A stretch of 64,000 nt of DNA. Origin: an uncultured Chloroflexia bacterium (GTDB lineage: Bacteria; Chloroflexota; Limnocylindria; Limnocylindrales; CSP1-4). A program made the translations under genes and the position numbers. Under the pieces are notes generated by a model that saw nothing but the letters and a program-made list of their open reading frames with translations, did no database searches and was not told the origin of the DNA. The DNA is taken from contig CAVPPB010000003.1 in the NCBI GenBank assembly GCA_963707215.1, positions 256,001 to 320,000 of the forward strand, given 5' to 3'. Of the stretch, positions 18,327 through 27,926 are shown piece by piece. Each line of letters begins with the position of its first letter. Position 1 is the stretch's first letter.

Positions 18327-19386
18327 CGCGCTGGAACCTGACCGCCCGACCGGCCTGCTTCTTCGCAGCGAGGGCACTGATCGCCTCCAGGGCGCACCGA
18401 TTCGCGGCCATCGCCGTGACGTCGGCCGTGTCGTAGGGCGGGCTCACCTCGACGACGTCCATGCCCGCGAGCTCGACGGCACCGACGATCCGGCGGATGG
18501 CTCGGAGGAGCTCCCGGGGCAGGAGTCCGCCCGGCTCGGGCGTACCGGTCCCGGGTGCCGTCCCCGGATCAAGGACGTCGATGTCGATCGAGAGGTACAC
18601 CGCGTCAGGGCCATCGAGCGCCTCGTTGATGGCGTCGTCGATGACGGCCTCGGGTCCGCGGTCCTCGATCTCGCGCATGAGATGCCAGCGCATCCCCTGA
18701 GCCTGCATCCACTCGAAGGTCTCGACCGGCGGCCAGTAGCCGCGGAGGCCGACCTGGACGAAGTTCCGCCCCGCGACCGCCCCGGATTCGATGAGCCGGC
18801 GCATCGGAGTGCCGTGGCCGGCCAGGACCCCCCAGTCCTCGGCCGCCGTGTCCGCGTGGGCGTCGAAATGGACGATGCCGATCGAGCCGGGCCGTCGGGT
18901 TTCGGCCACCGCCGTCGCGGCCGGCCAGGTCACCGAGTGGTCGCCCCCGAGGATGATCGGGATCGCCCCGCTGTCGGCCACCTCGCGGATCCGCCGGTAG
19001 ATGACGGCATGGGCCCGGTCGAGCCAGGCCGGCACGATGTTCGCGTCCCCGGCATCGACCACGGTGAGGACCTCGAAGGGCTCGACCCCGAGCTGGAGCG
19101 AGTGGATGGAGCCCGAGGTGTACTGGGCTTCCCGGATCGCCCGTGGGCCGAAGCGGGCGCCCGGCCGGTGGCTGACCGCGTCGTCGAATGGCGCCCCGAC
19201 GATCGCCACGTCGGCCCGCCGGGCCCGCAGCTCGGCCGCATCGGTGACCAGCGGCAGACGCATGAACGTCGGCATGCCGACGTAGGTCGGCAGGTCGAAG
19301 TCATCGAAGAGCGGGAACTCGCGATCCCAGCCGTTGCGAGCGGCGAAGCCCGCGGCCGGGAACGTGTCGTGGAGACGCTGGGGCAC
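18319..19386 (-). CDS. speB: Agmatinase/ureohydrolase
   Basis: RPGARFGP, GGDHS, HFDAHAD, HGT, SIDIDVLDP, PGTGTPEPGG, VEVSPPYD. Confidence 0.88.
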   Translation of the reverse strand: MPQRLHDTFPAAGFAARNGWDREFPLFDDFDLPTYVGMPTFMRLPLVTDAAELRARRADVAIVGAPFDDAVSHRPGARFGPRAIREAQYTSGSIHSLQLGVEPFEVLTVVDAGDANIVPAWLDRAHAVIYRRIREVADSGAIPIILGGDHSVTWPAATAVAETRRPGSIGIVHFDAHADTAAEDWGVLAGHGTPMRRLIESGAVAGRNFVQVGLRGYWPPVETFEWMQAQGMRWHLMREIEDRGPEAVIDDAINEALDGPDAVYLSIDIDVLDPGTAPGTGTPEPGGLLPRELLRAIRRIVGAVELAGMDVVEVSPPYDTADVTAMAANRCALEAISALAAKKQAGRAVRFQRVD

Positions 19387-19548
19387 GGGGCCATCCCTCT
19401 CGGGTCCGGCGAGGTCGGTCGAGGGGCGCGAGGGGCGAGACGCGACCGTTCGCCGCAGGCGCCGCCGGTTCGCGACCGGCGTCCAGCGGGGCGCCCGGCC
19501 GCCGATGGTAGCACCCTGATCAGGCCACTCGAGGTGGGCAGCACGTCC

Positions 19549-20766
19549 CTAGCGGCTCGAGACCCCTCCGGAGCGGAAGCCCTGCCAGGCGGTCTCCACG
19601 AGCGCCGGGTCGGCCAGCAGGTCGAAGGCGGTCTGGGCCACGAGCGTCGCCGCCAACAGGGTCGTCCGATCGGCCTGGGGGCCGGCCGCCGCGTCGCGGA
19701 ACTCCAGCGAGTGACCGGGCGTCCCGGGCGGGGCGATGGCCAGGTCGGGGTGGATCGCCGGGCAGACCCAGGACACGTTGGCCATATCCGTGCTGCCGTA
19801 GCTGGGATCGTGCCCCGCGTCCTCGATCCCGTACGCGGCGGCGTTGGCCCGCCACAGGTCGGCCAGGACCGGGTCGTTGCGCATGGTCTCGGCGCGACCG
19901 GAGAAGGTCACCTCGACGGTCGTCTCGGTGGCCAGGGCAGCGGCTTCGCAGAGTTGCCGGAAGCGATCCCGCATCGTCTCGTAGTGGTCGCGATCGGCGC
20001 TCCGGATCATGAACCAGGCGCTGGTCCGGTCCGGGATGATGTTGGCTGCTGTCCCGCCCTCGCGGATGATCCCGTGGACCCGGGCGTGCGGCGGCAGCTG
20101 CTGGCGCCAGAGCCCGACCGAGGCGAAGAGCAGGATCAGCGCGTCGAGCGCGTTCCTGCCCTCCCAGGGATCGCTGGCGGCATGCGCCTGGCGGCCGTGG
20201 AAGACGATGTCGACGTCCTCCGACGCGAGCGGGGCGATCTCGACGTGGTCCCGATCGCAGGGGTGGTAGAGCAGGGCCGCGTCGACCCCCTCGAACAGGC
20301 CGTCCTCGATCATGATGGCCTTGCCACTCCCCCGCTCCTCGGCCGGGGTGCCCAGGAAGACGACCTCGCCGGCCCAGGCGTCGCGGGCGGCCGCCAGGGC
20401 GATGGCGGCGCCGACCCCCGAGGCGGCCATCGTGTTGTGGCCGCAGCCGTGGCCCAGGCCCGGGAGCGCGTCGTACTCTGCCAGGACGGCGATCCGGGGT
20501 CCATCCGGGCCCAGGCCGCCGGTCAGGCGACCGCGGACGGCGGTCGCCAGCGAGCCGACCGGGTGCTCGACGACGTACCCGTGGGCCGCCACGGCTGCCG
20601 CGACCCGCTCGGCCGCCCGGACCTCCTCGAAGGCGGGCTCGGGATCGGCGTGGATCGCGTGGGACAGGGCGAGGATCTCGTCGGCGGCCGCGTCGACGGC
20701 GGCGGCGATCCGGCGCTTCTGCCCACTGGAGGGCTCGGCGGGATCGGTGATGGCCAGGTCGGACAT
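19549..20766 (-). CDS. M20 family amidohydrolase
   Basis: AEYDALPGLGHGCGHN, GTPAEE, HAASDPWEGRNALDA, GSTDMANVS. Confidence 0.88.
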   Translation of the reverse strand: MSDLAITDPAEPSSGQKRRIAAAVDAAADEILALSHAIHADPEPAFEEVRAAERVAAAVAAHGYVVEHPVGSLATAVRGRLTGGLGPDGPRIAVLAEYDALPGLGHGCGHNTMAASGVGAAIALAAARDAWAGEVVFLGTPAEERGSGKAIMIEDGLFEGVDAALLYHPCDRDHVEIAPLASEDVDIVFHGRQAHAASDPWEGRNALDALILLFASVGLWRQQLPPHARVHGIIREGGTAANIIPDRTSAWFMIRSADRDHYETMRDRFRQLCEAAALATETTVEVTFSGRAETMRNDPVLADLWRANAAAYGIEDAGHDPSYGSTDMANVSWVCPAIHPDLAIAPPGTPGHSLEFRDAAAGPQADRTTLLAATLVAQTAFDLLADPALVETAWQGFRSGGVSSR

Positions 20767-20780
20767 GGGATCTCCCGGGA

Positions 20781-21155
20781 TCAGCGCTCGGTGGACAGGG
20801 TGACCTCGACCACGAGGACGAGGACCACCAGGAAGAGGGCGATCGGCAGCTGGAGGACGCCGTTGATCCGGAGCAGCACGAGGATGGCGACGAGGAGCCC
20901 GACCCAGAGGCCGCGACGGGCCGCCCGGATCCAGTCGCCGCGATAGGTCATCCGCCCCTGGCGTGCGAAGGCCGCCAGCCAGAAGAGCGGGACCACGGTC
21001 AGACCCACGGCGAGGCCCATGAGGACCGCGCCGACGACGCCGGCGGTGGGATCGACGACCGGATCACGGGTCGTGACCACGAGCCCGACGAGCACCCACG
21101 TGACGGCGGCCGCGCCGAACAGCCCGAGGTTGGCCAGGCGGTCGCGGCTCTCCAT
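20781..21155 (-). CDS. Hypothetical four-TM membrane protein
   Basis: Hydrophobic segments with an RRG motif; a TAGACT -10 lies 8 nt upstream of the ATG. Confidence 0.75.
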   Translation of the reverse strand: MESRDRLANLGLFGAAAVTWVLVGLVVTTRDPVVDPTAGVVGAVLMGLAVGLTVVPLFWLAAFARQGRMTYRGDWIRAARRGLWVGLLVAILVLLRINGVLQLPIALFLVVLVLVVEVTLSTER

Positions 21156-21166
21156 CGCCGCCGAGT

Positions 21167-21979
21167 CTAGCGGTCGGCCGATGGCAGGGCCGCCGGCAGC
21201 ACGTCCAGTGCCGGGAGCTCCAGGTCGGCTGCGACGCTCCCGTCGCGCTCGCTCTCGGGCAGGGGCGAATCCTCCGGGCGAGCCACCAGGTAGGCGGCCC
21301 GCCAGCCCGCCCGCTTGGCACCCACGACGTCGGCGGCCCAGTCGTCACCGACGTGGAGGATCGTCGCCCGCTCCTCGGGGGCGACGCCCAGGATCCCCTC
21401 CGCGGCACGGAAGATGGCCGGATGCGGTTTGATCGCCCCGACCCGCTGGCTCACCACGATCGCCGCCAGCCAGGGCGACCAGCCGGCCGCCTCGACGTAG
21501 CGATCGATCGTCACGGCCAGCGGCCAGTTCGAGAGGACGGCGATCCGGCGGGCCCGAGCCAGGCGCTCGAGGAGCCGACCCACGGTCGGCGGGGGCGGCA
21601 TGGCTTCGACGAACGAGCGGCTGTAGGCGTCCACGGCGAAGGCCAGCTCGTCCGGATCCGACCAGCGCGCAGCCGCCGTGTCGTCCCAGGGCTCGTCCGG
21701 GCCCGGCAGGGGCATGCCCCGCAGCCGGGCCAGGACCCGGATGACTCGCTGCTCCAGGTCGACCTCGCGGAAGCGCGGGACCTCCTCGCGGAACTGGCGC
21801 TCGCGCTCCTCGCTCCAGGCGGCCAGGAACCCGGCCTCTTCGAACGGCCCCGAGCGCCCGATGATCGCGTGCGCCGTCCGCTCGACGACCCGATGCAGGC
21901 CCGCCCGGTCGACCGGGACGAGGGTGTTCCCGAAGTCGAGCGTGACTACCCGCACGCCGGCGAGTCGCTGGTCGCTCAT
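21167..21979 (-). CDS. HAD family hydrolase
   Basis: LDFGNTL, LSN, KPHPAIF, HVGDDWAADVVGA. Confidence 0.85.
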   Translation of the reverse strand: MSDQRLAGVRVVTLDFGNTLVPVDRAGLHRVVERTAHAIIGRSGPFEEAGFLAAWSEERERQFREEVPRFREVDLEQRVIRVLARLRGMPLPGPDEPWDDTAAARWSDPDELAFAVDAYSRSFVEAMPPPPTVGRLLERLARARRIAVLSNWPLAVTIDRYVEAAGWSPWLAAIVVSQRVGAIKPHPAIFRAAEGILGVAPEERATILHVGDDWAADVVGAKRAGWRAAYLVARPEDSPLPESERDGSVAADLELPALDVLPAALPSADR

Positions 21980-24900
21980 CGACGGGCGGCGCTGGCCGGG
22001 CAGATGTCGCGGAAGGCGCAGTAGGAGCAGGACAGGTAGTCCGGCCTCGGCTCGAAGGCGCGGGCGCGGATCCCCGAGGCCGCGGTCCGGATCCGGTCTC
22101 GGGCCTTGTCGAGCCGCTTCGGGTCGACCTCGGCCCGACCTACGAGCCCCGACTCGAGGAACCAGAGCTGGACGGCGTCCGGCAGCCGGCCGGTCTGCGC
22201 CTCCCAGCCCATCGCGTAGATCTGGAGCTGGAGCGAGTCACGGGCCCGTGCCTTCGCGCGGACCGGGTCCCGGACGTCGCTGGACTTGTAGTCGGTGATC
22301 GTCACCCGCTCGGCCAGCCCCAGCGGCAGGGTTGGCGTCACGGTGTCGGCCAGCGGCCCGACGGACGGCCGGTCACGCCCCGGATCGGGGGCCTCGCCCG
22401 CAGCCGCCGGGACTGCCTCCACGTCAACCCGGTCCCAGCGGCCCCGGATCCGGTCGCCGTCGAGCGTGAACGAGAAGTCCCGCTCCACGTAGGACGGCAC
22501 CACCGAGCCGGGCTCCAGCTGCGTCGCCCGGAACCGCCGGAGCGCGGCCCGGCCGGCATCGAGCCGAGCTTCCTCGTGCTCCCGGGACAGGAACCCCTCG
22601 TTGACCCAGGCACGCTCGAAGGCCTCGTCGAGCTCGGCCTCGGTCATGACCTCGCCGCGGGCCTGCCTCCGGTGGAAGGCCTGGACGGCTTGGTGGAGGG
22701 CGGACCCGTAGATGATGGCGTGGTGCGGCGCCAGGGGCACCCGCATGACGTGGGCGTAGCGGTACTTGAGCGGGCAGGTCAAGTAGTCGTCGATGGCGTA
22801 GAAGCTGAGGCTCAGCGGTCCCTCGGTCGGCACCCGGGCTGGCTCGGCAGGCGAGCCGTCGGCCCCGTGGACGGCCAGCTTCTCGAGCGGCGACCCGGGG
22901 CGGACCCCGGCCCCGGCCCGGGACGCCTCGCCCGGCAGGTCGAGCGCCTCGAGGACGAACGGCGAGATCCTCCGTGCCCTGGCACCGCCATAGTCGGCTG
23001 CGTAGGTCAGGACCAGCTCGTCACGAGCCCGGGTCATCCCGACGTAGAAGAGTCGCCGTTCTTCCTGCATCGCGAAATCGCCGGTCGGCAGCGTCTCGCG
23101 GACCAGCTCGACCGGCAGCGGCAGCGGCTCGCGGCGCTCGGCCGACGGGAAGCGGCCGGCTACGAGGCCGACCATGAAGACGACGGGCCATTCGAGGCCC
23201 TTGGCCTTGTGGACCGTGAGCACGCTGACCGCGTCCGCGTCCGGGTCGATGTCGGCGGTCGCCGGATCGTCGCCTGCCTCGATCAGCGTCTGGAGGTGAC
23301 GAGCGACGAACGGCGCCCGGTCGTCGGCCAGGAGCGCGGACTGGGCCCGGACGATGTCGAAGAACCGGGCCACGTTCTGGACGGCCTCCTCCGTGGCGGC
23401 GCTCTCGGCGGCCGCGTAGCGAGCCAGCAGCCCGCTCTCCTTGAGGAAGCCGTAGAGCACCTCACCCGTGGGCCGCTCGTGGGATCGCTCGATGTGCCGG
23501 CCGAGGTCCTCGACGAGGCGGGCGATGCCGGCTCGGCTGCCCTCGGCCAGGCGAAGGGCACCGGGCTGGCGGACGAGCTCCTGAAGGGTCTCCCAGAGGC
23601 TCCGGTTGCGCCGCCTGGCCAGGTTGACGACGGCGGTCAGGTCGGTCCCGCCGAGGCCATAGACGTCGGACGTCGCCAGGGCATAGACGTCGGTGCTCGA
23701 GTCGGGGTCGGCGACGGCCCGCAGGAAGGCGAGCAGCAGGCGGACCTCCGGGCGTCCGTAGAGCCCGGTCGTCCCCGAGAAGCGCCACGGGACGCCGGCC
23801 AGGTTGAGGCTCCGCAGGACCGGGTCGGCGTGGGCGTTGGCCCGCACGAGCACCGCGACATCACGCGGCCGGACTCCCTCGGAGGTCCGGCGGGCGATCT
23901 CGGCCGCGACCCAGTCGGCCTCCTCCGACCCGCTGGCGAAAGCCTCCAGGCGGATGGGTGCCGGCTCCAGCGGGCGGCGCTCGGCGATCAGTCGCTTGTC
24001 GATGCCCTCGCGCGCCTCCAGGCGGTCCGGGTCGTTGAAGCGGATGAGCCGGTAGGCGCCGACGAGCACCGGGGCGACGGAGCGGTAGTTGCGGCGCAGC
24101 ACGACCGTCCGCGCCTTCCGGTAGCGGGCCCGGAAGTCGAGGATGTTGCTGATGGCGGCGCCCCGGAACTTGTAGATCGACTGGTCGTCATCCCCGACGA
24201 CGGTGACGTTGCGGTGCCGCTCGGCGAGCAGGGCGACGAGCTCCGCCTGGGCCCGGTTGGTGTCCTGGAACTCGTCCACCAGGATGTAGCGATAGCGCTC
24301 CTGGAGCGTTCGGCGCGCCGACGGGGAGGTCCGAACGAGCCGGAGGGCCGACGCCACCTGGTCGCCGAAGTCGACGAAGCCTCGCGAGGCGAGCAGCTCC
24401 TGGTAGCGCTCGAAGGCCCGGGCCAGCTCGGCCTGGCGCCGCGCCGTCTCGACCATGGCATCGGCCGCGTCGCGGTCCGGATCGGCAGTCTCGGGATCGG
24501 CCGAGACCGCGAGCCGGGCGGCCTCGGCCGACACGGCGAGCTCGTCGGCGTGGGCGAGATAGGCGGCCGGGGTGACGTCCTCGTCCTTGGCCCGCGAGAA
24601 CAGCGTCGCCAGGGCCCCGAGGAACCTGGTCGGGTCCCCCAGCGGCCGGTACTGGTCCAGTTCGAACTCGAAGAGCCGCTCGCGCAGCAGGATCACGGTC
24701 TCCGGCCGCGACAGGACCCTGACGTCCGGCGGCAGACCCAGCTCCAGGGCGAACTCCCGGATGATCCGGTCGCCGAAGGCATGGAACGTCGAGATGGCCG
24801 TGTCCGTGTACCCGTAGGGCACCAGTTGGTCGACCCGGACCTGCATCTCCTCGGCGGCCCGATCGGTGAAGGTCAGGGCAAGGATCTCGCTCGGGGTCGC

Positions 24901-25242
24901 CCGCTTCGTGGCGATGAGCCAGGCGATCCGGCGGGTGATCACCTGGGTCTTGCCCGTCCCGGCGCCGGCCACGACCAGGAGCGGGCCGTTCCCGTGGGTC
25001 ACGGCCCGGCGCTGCTCCGGGTTGAGACCCTCGAGGAGCTCGGCGAGGCCCTGGTCGGCGTCGGTCGGGTCGTCGCCGGGACCGTCAGCGAACCACACCG
25101 GCAGCTGCTGGAGCGGCTCGGGCTCATCGGCCGCGGCTCGAGATCGATCTCGGCCGGGACGGACGCTCACGAGGGACGCAGAGGACGACGCGGGGGGCAC
25201 GGGCGGATGCGTCCCCGCGCGTCGTGCCACCTCGCCTGTCAC
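21976..25242 (-). CDS. UvrD/PcrA-type SF1 helicase fused to a PD-(D/E)XK nuclease (AdnB/AddA-like)
   Basis: AGAGTGKT, DEFQD, VGDDDQSIYKFRGA, TVHKAKGLEW, EERRLFYVGMTRA; C-terminal GRWDRVD...DYKS...QLQIY with four Cys. Start position uncertain. Confidence 0.9.
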   Translation of the reverse strand: MTGEVARRAGTHPPVPPASSSASLVSVRPGRDRSRAAADEPEPLQQLPVWFADGPGDDPTDADQGLAELLEGLNPEQRRAVTHGNGPLLVVAGAGTGKTQVITRRIAWLIATKRATPSEILALTFTDRAAEEMQVRVDQLVPYGYTDTAISTFHAFGDRIIREFALELGLPPDVRVLSRPETVILLRERLFEFELDQYRPLGDPTRFLGALATLFSRAKDEDVTPAAYLAHADELAVSAEAARLAVSADPETADPDRDAADAMVETARRQAELARAFERYQELLASRGFVDFGDQVASALRLVRTSPSARRTLQERYRYILVDEFQDTNRAQAELVALLAERHRNVTVVGDDDQSIYKFRGAAISNILDFRARYRKARTVVLRRNYRSVAPVLVGAYRLIRFNDPDRLEAREGIDKRLIAERRPLEPAPIRLEAFASGSEEADWVAAEIARRTSEGVRPRDVAVLVRANAHADPVLRSLNLAGVPWRFSGTTGLYGRPEVRLLLAFLRAVADPDSSTDVYALATSDVYGLGGTDLTAVVNLARRRNRSLWETLQELVRQPGALRLAEGSRAGIARLVEDLGRHIERSHERPTGEVLYGFLKESGLLARYAAAESAATEEAVQNVARFFDIVRAQSALLADDRAPFVARHLQTLIEAGDDPATADIDPDADAVSVLTVHKAKGLEWPVVFMVGLVAGRFPSAERREPLPLPVELVRETLPTGDFAMQEERRLFYVGMTRARDELVLTYAADYGGARARRISPFVLEALDLPGEASRAGAGVRPGSPLEKLAVHGADGSPAEPARVPTEGPLSLSFYAIDDYLTCPLKYRYAHVMRVPLAPHHAIIYGSALHQAVQAFHRRQARGEVMTEAELDEAFERAWVNEGFLSREHEEARLDAGRAALRRFRATQLEPGSVVPSYVERDFSFTLDGDRIRGRWDRVDVEAVPAAAGEAPDPGRDRPSVGPLADTVTPTLPLGLAERVTITDYKSSDVRDPVRAKARARDSLQLQIYAMGWEAQTGRLPDAVQLWFLESGLVGRAEVDPKRLDKARDRIRTAASGIRARAFEPRPDYLSCSYCAFRDICPASAARR

Positions 25243-25784
25243 GAGGCCCCGGCGATCCCCCGGCGCTCCTGGCGGGCCAGTCGGATCGCCTCGCCCTCCT
25301 CGTCTGAGAGCGCCGCGTCCGAGCGGCCGCCGACGACCGCCTTGGCGTAGACCCGGGTGCCGGATCGAGCGTGCAGGCTGCTCAGCACGATCCCGTCGCC
25401 GTCCGCGTCGAGCAGCGCCAGGGCGAAGCTCTGGTTGCCGCCGGTGTCCTCGAACGGGTTGAAGCGGACCAGGCCGACATTGCGGATCGCCGATCGGCCC
25501 AGGGTCTCCAGCGAGGTCGTCCGGGTCGCCACGCCATCGAGGTCGCGGCCGACGCGGTCGACGCGCTGAAGACTGCTGGCGAGGACCGCCTCGAGGCTGG
25601 CGCCGTCGCTGCCGGCGGTCAGGGCATCGACCCGGGCCCGCACGCGGGCAAGGCTGCGGGCCGTCAGGACGAGGGCCACGACGACCACGGCGAGCACGAT
25701 CGCCAGGACGACGACGAGCGGACCGAGCGGCGAGTCGAGGAAGGTGCCGGCGTCGATGACAGGATCCTCCGGACGGGTGGTCAC
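25239..25784 (-). CDS. DUF4446 family membrane-anchored protein
   Basis: TM helix plus GLVRFNPFEDTGGNQSFALALLD...YAK...LSDEE. The start is either GTG 25784 or a non-canonical ATC at 25757. Confidence 0.8.
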   Translation of the reverse strand: MTTRPEDPVIDAGTFLDSPLGPLVVVLAIVLAVVVVALVLTARSLARVRARVDALTAGSDGASLEAVLASSLQRVDRVGRDLDGVATRTTSLETLGRSAIRNVGLVRFNPFEDTGGNQSFALALLDADGDGIVLSSLHARSGTRVYAKAVVGGRSDAALSDEEGEAIRLARQERRGIAGAS

Positions 25785-25898
25785 GAGTCTAGCAGCCGCC
25801 ACGGTGCTATCCTCTGGCCCGCCGAGCATCCCGTCCGGCTCGAGCCGGTGGCCCCCGCGGCCGCCTCCGACCCGCCGATCCAGAGGTACCCGAACCGC

Positions 25899-26312
25899 AT
25901 GGCGAAGCGCACCCGTGGCTCCGTTCGACCCGGCCAGCGTCAGCCCCTGCGGCGGGCTGCCCGCCCGGCGAACGCCGCGTCGACCGCGTCGACCAGCGCC
26001 GCGAGCCCGTCGACCGCTCCCGAGACGGGCCTCACGCCGGCCGACGAGGCTCGAGCTGCCGAGCTCGAAGCGCGGATCGTGGAGGAGGAGCGTGCTGCCA
26101 CGACCGGGTCGAGCCGGCCCCGGGATCGTGGACGCCCGACCGCCGCCGAGGTCCGACCGGGCCGCCGGGGCGGCGCCCTCGCGGTCCGCTACGCCGATGA
26201 ATACGCCTACGTCGCCCGCGATCTCCGCCGGATCGGCGTCGTCTCGGCGCTTCTGCTCGGCATCCTCACGGTCCTGTTCGTTCTGATCCAGGTCGTCGGC
26301 ATCGGGTCCTGA
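25899..26312 (+). CDS. Hypothetical protein with C-terminal membrane anchor
   Basis: MAKRTRG... ending EYAYVARDLRRIGVV plus one TM helix; extended -10 TGcTATCCT near 25805. Confidence 0.7.
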   Translation: MAKRTRGSVRPGQRQPLRRAARPANAASTASTSAASPSTAPETGLTPADEARAAELEARIVEEERAATTGSSRPRDRGRPTAAEVRPGRRGGALAVRYADEYAYVARDLRRIGVVSALLLGILTVLFVLIQVVGIGS

Positions 26313-26359
26313 CGGGCCCTCCGTCCGGCGCTTCCTGAGGGCCGCGTAGACTGGCCCAG

Positions 26360-27874
26360 ATGCCCGCCCGTCGCCCCAGCCCGAACCAGGCTCCGCTGTT
26401 CCGACCCCCGCCCGAGCGCCAGCCGCTGGCCGCCCGGATGCGGCCCCGCGACCTCTCGGAGTTCGTCGGCCAGGAGCACCTCGTCGGGGAACACGGGCCG
26501 CTGCGCCGCTCGACCGCCCGGGGCCGCCTCGCGTCGATGCTTCTTTGGGGGCCGCCCGGCACCGGCAAGACGAGCCTGGCCCGCCTCCTCGCCGCCCAGG
26601 TCGGGGCCGACTTCACGACCCTGTCGGCCGTCATGAGCGGGGTGGCCGACGTCCGGTCGGCGATCGCCGAGGCCCAGGAGCGCCTCAGCCTCCAGGGGCA
26701 TCGCTCGGTCCTCTTCATCGACGAGATCCACCGTTTCAACAAGGCCCAGCAGGACGCCCTCCTGCCGCAGGTCGAGGACGGCACGATCACCCTCATCGGC
26801 GCCACGACGGAGAACCCCTACTTCGAGGTGAACTCGGCGCTCCTGTCGCGGCTGCGGGTCTGGCGACTCGAGCCGCTGACCGACGATGAGGTCGCCGTCG
26901 TCGTCCGGCGGGCGCTCGAGGACCCGGAGCGCGGCCTGGCCGGCTCACTGGGACCCGAGGACGGCCATGGTGTCGCGCTGGCCGAGGATGCCTTCGAGCA
27001 CCTCGTCTCGATCGCCGGCGGCGACGCCCGCCAGGGCCTCAACGTGCTGGAGGGCGCGGTCGCCCTGGCCGAGGCGGGCGAGGCGCGCGACGCCGAGGGT
27101 CGGGTCTCGCCGCGGCTCGAGGACGTCGAGGCGGCAGCCCAGCAGCGGGTCCTCGCCTACGACCGCGCCGGCGACGGTCACTTCGACATCGCCTCGGCGT
27201 TCATCAAGAGCCTCCGGGGCAACGACCCCGACGCCGCGGTCTACTGGCTGGCCACGATGATCGCGGCCGGCGAGGACCCCCGCTTCATCGCCCGGCGGCT
27301 CATCATCAGCGCGTCCGAGGACGTGGGCAACGCCGACCCCCGGGCCCTCCAGGTCGCGGTCGCGGCCGCCGCGGCGCTCGACCACGTCGGGCTGCCCGAG
27401 GCCCAGTACGCCCTGGCCCAGGCCGCCACCTACGTCGCGACCGCTCCCAAGTCGAACCGCTCCGGCCTCGCCTACTGGGCGGCCGCGGCCGATGTCGCCG
27501 AGCACGGCTCATTGCCGGTGCCCCTCCACCTGCGCAACGCCGCGGTGCCACAGATGAAGCACCACGGGATGGGCGTCGGCTACCGCTACCCGCACGACTT
27601 CGAGGGCTCCGACGTGGACCAGCAGTACCTGCCCGATGAGCTGGCCGACCGGCGCTACTACCGGCCCGTCGAGCAGGGCTACGAGGCGACGATCGGCTCG
27701 CGCATGGAGGCCCGCCGCAACGCCCGGGAGACGGCGAAGAGCTCTGGTGGCCCGACGCGGCGCAAGGAGCGTGGCCCGGCGGTCGACCCGATGCGGGCGG
27801 CCGGCAAGACCCAACGGACCCGCGAAGCCAACCGCAAGGCCCTCGCCGAGACGGAGAAGAAGGACGCCGAGTGA
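26360..27874 (+). CDS. rarA: Replication-associated recombination protein A (MgsA)
   Basis: PLAARMRP, WGPPGTGKT, FIDEIHRFNKAQQDALLP, ATTENPYF, SAFIKS, SEDVGNADP, PLHLRNA. Confidence 0.95.
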   Translation: MPARRPSPNQAPLFRPPPERQPLAARMRPRDLSEFVGQEHLVGEHGPLRRSTARGRLASMLLWGPPGTGKTSLARLLAAQVGADFTTLSAVMSGVADVRSAIAEAQERLSLQGHRSVLFIDEIHRFNKAQQDALLPQVEDGTITLIGATTENPYFEVNSALLSRLRVWRLEPLTDDEVAVVVRRALEDPERGLAGSLGPEDGHGVALAEDAFEHLVSIAGGDARQGLNVLEGAVALAEAGEARDAEGRVSPRLEDVEAAAQQRVLAYDRAGDGHFDIASAFIKSLRGNDPDAAVYWLATMIAAGEDPRFIARRLIISASEDVGNADPRALQVAVAAAAALDHVGLPEAQYALAQAATYVATAPKSNRSGLAYWAAAADVAEHGSLPVPLHLRNAAVPQMKHHGMGVGYRYPHDFEGSDVDQQYLPDELADRRYYRPVEQGYEATIGSRMEARRNARETAKSSGGPTRRKERGPAVDPMRAAGKTQRTREANRKALAETEKKDAE

Positions 27875-27926
27875 CCGGTCGGCCGCCGATCGGTCTGCGG
27901 GATCCCCGGGGTGGTAGGGTCCGCGC

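Noticed and set aside
19387-19548. Possible guanidine riboswitch upstream of agmatinase
   Set aside because: I found no paired ACGR-loop hairpins or other guanidine-I/III/IV hallmarks, so it is kept only as an unexplained leader.
21976-22830. Cas4-like nuclease domain suggesting CRISPR or a defence system
   Set aside because: It is the C-terminal domain of a repair helicase; there are no cas genes or repeat arrays in the window.
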